From NCBI GenBank assembly GCA_977020255.1, contig CDROCS010001778.1, positions 372,001 through 436,000 on the forward strand: a stretch of 64,000 bases of DNA. The letters are read 5' to 3'. Below the pieces are notes generated by a model, which was given only the letters and a program-made list of their open reading frames with translations, did not search any database and had not been told where the DNA came from. Of the stretch, positions 1-9,122 are shown piece by piece (the stretch's first letter is position 1; the number at the start of each line of letters is the position of its first letter). This DNA is from Obrimoposthia wandeli (lineage: Eukaryota). The translations under genes were made by a program, and so were the position numbers.

Positions 1-102
1 TTTTTCATGTATTATCTGTCCGGAAATTAATCGAAGTGAAATTTTCATCGTTCCTTTTTGGTTTGATCTCTGTACATAACGACCATAACCTTTCAATAGT
101 CC

Positions 103-2553
103 TCAGGTTACTTCTTTGTAACCCAAGTTATCATGACTATGTTTAACCAATTCTGCTCGCACTTCTTCCAATCGGTGCACTTTAATTGTTTGCAATTTGG
201 CCAAAACTTCTGGAGCTTCACTCGTTTCATCTAACGGTTGATTCAACGTCTCCTTAGCTTCACTAATTATCTTTTTTACATTTTCCATACTCGTAGCATT
301 CCTTGCTGCTTCTACATGATCGGTCATAGGTTGTGCGTTACACGTTTTCTCTATTGGTGTCTCATACGCTTCTAGTATTCTATTCATTAAATCATTCATC
401 TCTTCTCTCGAGTGTAGATTTTTCTCTTGTTTTGACAACGTAGATGAATTTGCCATCTTTGTATGTGGTGAATCTTTAATTATTCCCAACATTCGTTCAA
501 ATTTACTATCACTATCTTCAAAATCTATTTCGCGTCGAAGCTCGGTTTCGCGATTCCTATCACTGTCATCGCTTACATAACTAAAATTTCCTTTCGGTTT
601 CGGCGAACTCTCACGACTATTTGTCTTGTCGACATTATTATTATTATATCTACCAGAATTATTATATCTCTCAGCTCCTTGCTGTCCTACGTAATTATTG
701 TATCTCTCAGCTCCTTGCTGTCTATCTGCATAGTTATTATATCTACCTGGTGACTGTTGTCTATCTGTATACTGATTATTCAGTCTCCATGGCTGTGGAG
801 TATATCCACCACCTCTATTCCATGGCAGAGGTGAATTATATCCTCTATAATTGTTTCCAAAATTATTATTACCGAAATTATTATTTCCAAATCTGTTAGC
901 TCCGAACTCTTTACTTCTCGTACAATCTCTCGAATAGTGACCCATTTGTTTACATGTGTAACACATTATTCTCCCTCGAATATCTATCTTATTTTGTTCA
1001 TCTTCGAACTGTACTCGACGACTATTCTGTCTATTATCATAGCGTCCTCTAAAATCATTTCTTCGGAAATTCGATTCAAAACCGCTTCCTCGATTATTGA
1101 ATCTTCCGTCACTATTTCCTGTATTATTTCCAAATCGAGAGTCACTTCGCTCTCCTCTGTTGGCGTTATAATTCCTATCGTCTCCTCTCCAAGGTTGGCG
1201 ATTTCCTGAATTATCTCTATTAAATCTATTCCTGGAATCATCTCTATTTCTATTCCACGAATCATTATTATTTCTACCTCTTGAATCATCTCGATTCCTG
1301 TTCCAAGACTCACTATTATTTCTACCTCTCGAATCATCTCGATTCCTACTTCGGAAATTATCTCTATTTCCGTTACTGGATTCATCTACTTTTTCAAACT
1401 TATTTTGTCCATAATTTCGATTCTGAAAATTACTCGGTTCTGTTTTATTCACGAAGACCTTTGTCTTATCGTCGTCACCTGCAGTCATTGCGTAGATTGC
1501 CAATGCTGCATTATTCTTTATATTTTTCTCAATCTCTCTCGCCTTTCGCACGGCGTTATCAAAATCATTTGTATCCGATACTGCTAATAACACTTTAATA
1601 TCCTTTTTCAATCCTCCTCTAAATATATCTAACAAGACCTCTGCCATTTCATTTTGGTTCCGGTCATTTTCCGCTGCTTGTACTTCTGGAGCTACAGGAT
1701 TACCGTCCTGATTTCTCATTATTCTTCTTGGGTACGCTCTTGCGGCCAAGGTTCTTAAAACATACGCGTATTCATTCACGCCTTCATCATGTTTCTGTTT
1801 CCGTTCTCTCATGAGTCGCTTATTTACTTTGGCTAAGTCTCCTAATACCAATTTTCCAATAAAAGCATTTTCCAACGTTGGCCAGTCTAAACGTTCTGCT
1901 TCTGTCAAATGTTTATACACTTCAAGTGCTAATCCGGTTAAATGTGCCTGTACTCTGACACATTTTTCTTTATCGTTCCATCCTTGAACATCTGCACAAC
2001 TCGAATATTCTGCGAGGAAGTCACAAATACTTTCCTCATCTCCTTTAAACTTTGTAATCTGCAATGATCCTGAAAAGTTGGGTCTCAACGTCGCATTTAA
2101 GGCTTGTGCCAACTGCTCGGCATTCATGTCACCTACATTATTTCCTGCATTATTTTCTGCTTGAGCTCCTGGTTGAGCCATATTTTCAACTATATCTTCT
2201 TCAACTATTTCTTCAATATTATTCAATGGAACTTCCTCAATCACTACTGGATTGGCAATTTCAAATTCTTCTGGGTCTATGTCACCAAATAATTCAGTCA
2301 AATTAAAACTGCCGGTTGAAACCGCTGATTGATCAACGTCTCTTTCTGATACGTTTTCTTCGACTCTAGTTTTTTCTGTTACTTTGTTATCTGTTTGGGG
2401 AACCTGTTCAATTCGGTTAACTTTATTATTATTTATCTCTTCCTTGGGAATCTGACTTTGTCTTCTAGTATTATACGCGGGTCCTTTTCTATTATCCGTT
2501 GTCTTATCAATTATGTATTCGTTTACGATATCAATATACTTATTATTTTTATC
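103..2553 (-). CDS. gag: Ty3/gypsy LTR-retrotransposon Gag with CCHC zinc knuckle and N/R/G-rich regions
   Basis: Retrotransposon gag-like core (FKGDEESICDFL...LENAFIGKL...KQKHDEGVNEYA) and knuckle CYTCKQMGHYSRDC (about 920-966). Lies downstream of a PBS and LTR. The frame is open from 2553; the track starts it at TTG 2301. Any pol would lie left of the window. Confidence 0.9.
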   Translation of the reverse strand, partial: DKNNKYIDIVNEYIIDKTTDNRKGPAYNTRRQSQIPKEEINNNKVNRIEQVPQTDNKVTEKTRVEENVSERDVDQSAVSTGSFNLTELFGDIDPEEFEIANPVVIEEVPLNNIEEIVEEDIVENMAQPGAQAENNAGNNVGDMNAEQLAQALNATLRPNFSGSLQITKFKGDEESICDFLAEYSSCADVQGWNDKEKCVRVQAHLTGLALEVYKHLTEAERLDWPTLENAFIGKLVLGDLAKVNKRLMRERKQKHDEGVNEYAYVLRTLAARAYPRRIMRNQDGNPVAPEVQAAENDRNQNEMAEVLLDIFRGGLKKDIKVLLAVSDTNDFDNAVRKAREIEKNIKNNAALAIYAMTAGDDDKTKVFVNKTEPSNFQNRNYGQNKFEKVDESSNGNRDNFRSRNRDDSRGRNNSESWNRNRDDSRGRNNNDSWNRNRDDSRNRFNRDNSGNRQPWRGDDRNYNANRGERSDSRFGNNTGNSDGRFNNRGSGFESNFRRNDFRGRYDNRQNSRRVQFEDEQNKIDIRGRIMCYTCKQMGHYSRDCTRSKEFGANRFGNNNFGNNNFGNNYRGYNSPLPWNRGGGYTPQPWRLNNQYTDRQQSPGRYNNYADRQQGAERYNNYVGQQGAERYNNSGRYNNNNVDKTNSRESSPKPKGNFSYVSDDSDRNRETELRREIDFEDSDSKFERMLGIIKDSPHTKMANSSTLSKQEKNLHSREEMNDLMNRILEAYETPIEKTCNAQPMTDHVEAARNATSMENVKKIISEAKETLNQPLDETSEAPEVLAKLQTIKVHRLEEVRAELVKHSHDNLGYKEVT

Positions 2554-2792
2554 TTATTTCACAATTCTTATTTTACAATTTTTTATCTCTTTAATTAGTT
2601 CGAGGACAGAGTCTCCCGACTTAACCTATTCAATTAATTACTTCGAGTATCAATCCACTCGATTCTCACTTTATCAAATTTATTTACGATTTTATCTTTT
2701 TAATTAGTTCGAGGACAGAGTCTCCCGACTTAACTTATTCAATTAATTACTTCGAGTATCAATCCACTCGATTCTCACTTATAAAATTTACT

Positions 2793-3384
2793 GACTCGAG
2801 GAACAAATCCACTCGGCTTCTCAAAACCTATCGAATTCTTAACTTCGAGGAACAAATCTACCCGATTTCTCAAAAACTTATCAAATTCTTAACTTCGAGG
2901 AACAAATCTACCCGATTTCTTAACACTTATCAAATTCTTAACTTCGAGGAACAAATCTACTCGATTTCTCAAAACTTATCAAATTCTCAACTTCGAGGAA
3001 CAAATCTACTCGATTTCTCAACACTTATCAAATTCTTAACTTCGAGGAACAAATCTACTCGATTTCTCAAAAACTTATCAAATTCTTAACTTCGAGGAAC
3101 AAATCTACTCGATTTCTCAACACTTATCAAATTCTTAACTTCGAGGAACAAATCTACTCGATTTCTCAAAAACTTATCAAATTCTTAACTTCGAGGAACA
3201 AATCTACTCGATTTCTCAACACTTATCAAATTCTTAACTTCGAGGAACAAATCTACTCGATTTCTCAAAAACTTATCAAATTCTTAACTTCGAGGAACAA
3301 ATCTACTCGATTTCTCAACACTTATCAAATTCTTAACTTCGAGGAACAAATCTACTCGATTTCTCAAAAACTTATCAAATTCTT
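2793..3384. repeat. Tandem array of alternating 49/50-bp units in the retroelement leader
   Basis: Unit aacttcgaggaacaaatctactcgatttctcaa(aa/c)acttatcaaattctt, starting at 2841, 2891, 2940, 2989, 3038, 3088, 3137, 3187, 3236, 3286, 3335, plus one degenerate unit. Preceded by a duplication of about 122 bp (2577-2790). Confidence 0.95.
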
Positions 3385-3656
3385 CTGAAACTTATTCTCA
3401 ATTGTCTATATTCTTCTGCTGAAACTTATTCTCAATTTATCTGAAACTTATTCTCAATATCTGAAACTTATTCTTAATATCTGAAACTTATTCTTAATAT
3501 CTGAAACTTATTCTCAATGTCTGAAACTTATTCTTAATATCTGCACTTATTCTATTTACCTGAAACTTATTCTCAATTTTCCAAAACTTATCTGAACTTA
3601 TTCTATTCACCTGAAACTTATTCTCAATTTTCCAAAACTTATCTGAACTTATTCTA
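3385..3656. repeat. Degenerate ~20-bp tandem array (ctgaaacttattctcaatat) in the leader
   Basis: Directly visible repeated ctgaaacttattct core. Confidence 0.9.
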
Positions 3657-3682
3657 CGTGAATTCGCTGTGTCCGACGAGCT

Positions 3683-3701
3683 ATCCTCACTCGGGGCACC
3701 A
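3683..3701 (-). promoter_or_regulatory. Primer binding site complementary to elongator tRNA-Met
   Basis: Minus strand TGGTGCCCCGAGTGAGGAT matches the 3' 19 nt of metazoan elongator tRNA-Met as recalled (...ATCCTCAC[A/T]CGGGGCACCA). It lies 8 nt from the LTR end. Confidence 0.85.
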
Positions 3702-4190
3702 CTTTAATATGTTGGGGTTTCTATACGAAACTTGGTATAGAGCCTCTAAATGTGCGGAGGGCCCCAACGTGAGTTCGATTAGAAGCAGGTCTTAAAGTTG
3801 GTCGTGGCCTACTTAGTGTTATGGTTGCCTAATCTCTTGTACTATCTGAAGGTATTTGATTTGATGTCTCTTAGTCTGAAGGGTGTAAAAACAACTTGTT
3901 CTAATGTAGGAAATTGTTTATTTGTAATTCACGTAACTAACACAACAATACGTTTATGTACGTATTTCTAAAAAGTATGATAAAATTCCTAAAGGACTTC
4001 TGTAAGTCTCTACAAGAAGTGGGGATGAACCACGTATCGATTTTACGTTCAGGTGATTAAGCTTTTTAGGTTTAGTCTTCTTACTTAGGTTGGTTAATCT
4101 ATAACGCAACTCTCTTAATTTTCTTCGCTCCTACTTCTTATCTCTAGCTAAAGTTTCTTGGTTCCTTAACTCTATCTGTGTGTGTTTGAC

Positions 4191-4624
4191 CCGAATTGTC
4201 TACTGTGAACAATGGGTCTCCTAAAAACCTAATTGTCAAGATGACAATGAAAAACTTACTCCTAATTGTCAACTATGGACAATGAACGAACCGAATTGTC
4301 AGCTAGGGACAATGAGTCTTACCGAATTGTCTACTAGGGACAATGAGTATTTATCCGAATTGTCAACTAGGGACAATGAATGAACCTAATTGTCAGCTAG
4401 GGACAATGAATCTTACGGGTAAAAGTCTGGGTAGGATTCCTAATTGTCGCTGGGGACAATGAATAAATGGCCGATCTTAATTACCAACTAGGGGCAATGA
4501 TTTTGTTAAAGAGTCGGAAATCCTAATTGCCAGCTAGGGGCAATGAATCTGTGTATTAGTTTAAAATTTAGAATTACCAACAAGGGGTAATGACAGTATC
4601 CTAATTGCCAACTAGGGGCAATGA
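4191..4624. repeat. Repeat-spacer array of 12 palindromic ~25-bp units inside LTR1
   Basis: CC(T/G)A-ATTG(T/C)C-N7-G(A/G)CAAT-GA units separated by non-identical 5-29 nt spacers. Confidence 0.9.
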
Positions 4625-4766
4625 ATAGTTTAGTTGGTGTTCTTACCAGTTACTGCTACTAGTGGGACGTCCGGTGTAGGATCCGTAGGTCTTTCGGAAT
4701 CTTCTTCGAAACAGAGCTTATTACTTGTGGGAGGTTGAGTACACGCTTGAATATACTTTGACTTTG

Positions 4767-5176
4767 AATTATCTCCACTGACTTGAACCTTTAATACAAT
4801 CAATTATCTCCACTGACTTGAACCTTTAATACAATCAATTATCTCCACTGACTTGAACTTTTAATACAATCAATTATCTCCACTGACTTGAACTTTTAAT
4901 ACAATCAATTATCTCCACTGACTTGAACTTTTAATACAATCAATTATCTCCACTGACTTGAACTTTTAATACAATCAATTATCTCCACTGACTTGAACTT
5001 TTAATACAATCAATTATCTCCACTGACTTGAACTTTTAATACAATCAATTATCTCCACTGACTTGAACTTTTAATACAATCAATTATCTCCACTGACTTG
5101 AACCTTTAATACAATCAATTATCTCCACTGACTTGAACTTTTAATACAATCAATTATCTCCACTGACTTGAACTTT
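4767..5176. repeat. 35-bp minisatellite (~11.7 copies) inside LTR1
   Basis: Unit aattatctccactgacttgaacttttaatacaatc, near-perfect copies. Confidence 0.95.
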
Positions 5177-5698
5177 TTTGGACACTTGGCTTTTTGGACA
5201 CGAGAACTTAATTGTTCGATTTGTGGTCAGGGAGTTGAATCCCGTATTTGTGATTTGGGTTTCTCCTGTCTGCCTTTTATAGAGGCACTGAACGTCAATC
5301 AATTGACGGCTGCTAACGATTTGGTTCGGAAGATATCGGAGAGGCAAGGAATGGAATGTCAATCAATTGACAGCTGAAATTGAAATTTAGTTAACTGCAC
5401 GAAAATGTGCTTACCTCTTGAAATCCTTGATTGACGTTTTTAATTAACCGTTTAATTTTCTGACTTTCTCCTTAATTAATTTTTTGTCCTTTTGGTTAAT
5501 TAACTCTAAACTTTTATACATTTTCACATAATACACGACCTTCGTGGTCCTCCTAATTTTTACCCTAAATTCCACTAATTTTAATTCTAAAACTTAAAAT
5601 TAATATTTTAATTTAATTTTCAACCTTGCTTTCAAGGATTTTTATTTTAGTATTTAATCGACTAAAATATTTAAATTTCTTAATTCTCAATCCTAACA

Positions 5699-6437
5699 GT
5701 GTAAATGAATACGCTTGTGTTTTGCGAACCTTGGCAGTACGAGAGAACCCAAGTAGCAGAAGATAGTTGGAATCAAAACGAAATGATGATTCGAGGAATG
5801 GAGAAACAGAGAATAATAGGGAATTATATGAACCGAGAAATATATTTAATTAGAATAGAGATAATTCAAGAAATCGTTAACCCTGGAAAGGAGACAATCA
5901 GAATAATCGTGTAAACGGAGGATTGAATCGACTTTCGTTTCAGAAATAATTCAGGATATAGGGATGGAAAATTCATTAACCGAGAATGCAACAATTAGAC
6001 AAAATAGTCGTCGAAAAAAAATAGTTTGAGGACGACTAGAATAAAATAGATATATACGTGTAAGCAAATCGGTCATTAAGTGAGAAAGTGTACAAGATGT
6101 AAAGAATTCGGTACTTACAGTCAGTGAATAAAACTCACCCCCTGGAATAGAGGGGGCAGTTAAACTCCGCCATATCGAAGAGAAAATAACCAGTACACAG
6201 ATAGACAACAGTCACCAGGAAGATATATAATTATGCAGATAAACAGCAAGTAGCTGAGAGATACGATAATTCAGGAAGATATAATAATGTTGAAAAGACA
6301 AATAATCGTAAGAGTTCACCTCAACCAAAAGGAAATTATAATTACATAAATGATGACAGCGATAGAAACTGCGAGATGGAACTAAAACGTGAAATAGATT
6401 ATGAAGATAATGATAATAAATTCGAACGAAAATCGTG
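5699..6437 (+). pseudogene. Degenerate, internally deleted gag paralogue in opposite orientation
   Basis: gtaaatgaatacgcttgtgttttgcgaaccttggc matches gag VNEYAYVLRTLA. It then jumps to the DSWNRN region and continues to the RETELRREIDFED-like segment, with stops and frameshifts. Confidence 0.8.
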
Positions 6438-6877
6438 AACTTGTCTACGTTATCACGTAAAAATAATTTTAAAAAACATTTATTTTAAAAACATTTATTT
6501 TATGATTTTATAACTTTATAACCTTCACTGAGAAGGTTATTTATTTACTATAAATACTTTTGTTATTTATTTTTTCTTATTCTAACATAACCATAACGTT
6601 TATCTTAGAAAGTCATGCTGAAATTTAGACAATGGAGACAATCACTTTCATTTTTCTTAGACGATGTGATATTTCCATATAATTATATCATATAAAATAT
6701 TATATAATAAATATGGTCACTTTTATAGTATATAATAATGAAATTTTTAAAATTATATTTTTATCAGTACAATTAAGGATTGTCGAGTACATTGTTAAAT
6801 AAACAAAAATTAAATTTTAAAATTAAATATTGTCTAAATTTTGTGTTCAATACTGTAAGATATTAGTCAATTATTTA

Positions 6878-9122
6878 AGTTATGTTTCTATCGTAGAAAT
6901 AATTCAAAATTTAGATTCCACAACACAATTTATATTATACAGGTTTACATAAGAATTTATAAACAAATATTACCGTTAGGATATTTCTGGTTTCTGATTT
7001 CATAACTCTCTTCTTCACTATTCAAACACTAACTTCTTCAGTCATTCGATTCTCCAGGAAAGGAATCTTGTTGGAAACTGAATTGACGTCTGTCGTGGAC
7101 TCAAATAAATATATTATTATATATGGGTCTTCATACTGGTATCTATTCTTGCTTCTTTTAATTGGTTTCTTTTTAACCTATTCATTTACTTCAAATATCC
7201 TTTCCCCTTTTTTTCATTATCTAATTTCTCTAAATTTTCAGCTGCGATTTGTTGGTTCTTCTCTATGTCTTTAATAATATATTTTTTATTGTTTGTTGTT
7301 GCACTTTATGTATTATTTTTACTTTTATTCCATAAATTATTTCAAACGGTGAATGTTTTGACGAACTATTTACTGTTGCATTTATAGAAAATTAAATTTG
7401 TGGCAATAAATAGTGCCAACATTTTTCTGTTTTAATATATACTATTGTCATAACAGTCATATCTCTTACTATACTTATAACTCTTTCTGCTAGATCGTTA
7501 GATTGATGTTGATAATGTGATGTTAGCTCCTGTTAAATACCAAATGTTGTAGCCAATTCTGAAAATAATTTCCGATAAATACTCGTTCTTTATCTGTTAA
7601 AATGCTCTTAGGTTTCCAAATTTATATATCCAATTTGTCTTTAGTGCTTTAGTAATTGTTATTTCATCTTCTTTTGCAGTTACTGATAGTGTTACAAGTT
7701 TACTAATTTGTTCATTTACTATCAACATATATTTATTTTTAGATTTTTCTTCCTTCATGTGGGCTATATTGACAACTATTTAATCTAAGAAAAAATTTTT
7801 GACTATAGGAATATATATTTATTTTGTTCTACTTGTTTCAATTTTTCTTTTCGCACTTTAAACGCGTTTTGATATGCATTCTTTTATTTCTTGAAACATT
7901 CCTTTCAAATAGAAGCTATCTTTCATATAGTTATAAACATTTTGCATTACAAGGTGACATAGATATTGGTGAATTGCATTAATAATTTCATTAGCGTTCT
8001 TCCGAGGTAAGACAATTAAATCTGTAATTTTTTTTTTCAAAATACAGGATATCATCGCAGAGTTTGAGTTTTTATTTTATCTGATAAATCCAACCTCTTT
8101 TGTTTGCATTCTTTTGATAAATCCTTACTTTCTAATTGGAGGAAAACTTTCATTTCTTAAATATGAATATATTTTTTTAATATTTTTTCTATCTTATTCA
8201 AGACGTTGACTTCATTTAGTAAGTTAATATATCGTATTTTAGATCTCTTCTCTTGTGCGTCTATATGTTTAGTTTCACATTGAGCACATACTGTTTCATT
8301 TAATCTTGACATGCCATCGGCATTACCATGGTCAATTCCTTTACGATGTATTGTTTGAGACATGATGACGGTTGTCTGACGGTTGTATTCTTTTTTTAAT
8401 GTATTAGTATCTGTATTCTGAACTTGAGCAATCTCGGTTTCCTTTTCTCAAATTTGCTATAAACCTTTGCCAACGCCTCTATTTCTTCTTTTGGCCTCTG
8501 AAGTTTTAATAAGAACTGCTCCTTCAGATTTTCACTTCTTACTCTATCCTTAATAAAAGCGTCAGTCAGCTCATCTTTGCTAACATTATTTTCCATTCTG
8601 GCCTCAACGAGGTTTCTGACTCTAATGCTGAACGCTGAGAAATGTTTGCCTTCTACTTGCTTCACCTTTGGGAGTTAGCAAACCTTGTCAACTATGGATT
8701 TCCTTTCTATGAATTTTTTTTCAAACTATTTTTTGACTTTAGTTTCTGAATTTTCTTTTTTACTGGTATCTTTCCATACAAATCCAGCTTCATCGGACAA
8801 CAGTAAATCAAATGCATCTCCGATATTAGTCTCATTTGCGTCAACCCATTCTCCTATATCTTTTAACCATGTATCACCTTCTTTTGAACTTGTTCCATCA
8901 TATCTTCTTATGTTGTACTGAAACATCTAGACTCGAGAAGATTATTTTTTCTTTATTTCTCGACATTACATTTATTTTGACGTGGTCACCAGTTATGTTT
9001 TATATAGTAGACATAATTTAACAGTTAGATTCCAGAACACAATTTATATATATATAGGTTTACATCGGAATTTATAAACAAATATTGCCGGTGGGCTATT
9101 TCTGGTTTCTAATTACATAACT
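6878..9122 (-). mobile_element. Old internally deleted Ty3/gypsy element with ~130-bp AGTTA...TAACT LTRs
   Basis: Direct repeats at 6878-7007 and 8991-9122. PBS-like TGGTGACC (tRNA-Trp-like) abuts the right LTR and a purine tract gaagaagag abuts the left LTR. Contains gag remnants (8396-8926), the RNase H end HRKGIDHGNADGMSR, an integrase zinc-finger region (7858-8055) and integrase core remnants. No RT core was seen. Confidence 0.8.

Larger units (their letters stand above)
3710..5698 (-). mobile_element. 5' LTR (LTR1, ~1989 bp) of the gypsy element
   Basis: Minus strand TGTTAGGA...CCCCAACA termini. Both end blocks are homologous to 11442-16129 and 16823-18824. Adjacent to the PBS. Confidence 0.9.

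Noticed and set aside
1-105. TGA read-through from gag into pol
   Set aside because: The gag frame stays open for 34 codons after TGA, but another frame is also open for about 31 codons. No pol motif is visible before the window edge.
621-2306. Plus-strand and alternate-frame ORFs overlapping gag
   Set aside because: By-products of low-complexity gag codons, with no recognisable domains.
3683-3779. tRNA-Met gene
   Set aside because: Only two separated pieces of the 3' half, including encoded CCA. There is no D arm or anticodon arm.
4191-4624. Calling the repeat-spacer array a CRISPR
   Set aside because: Animal genome, no cas genes, spacers short and variable (5-29 nt), and the array lies inside an LTR.
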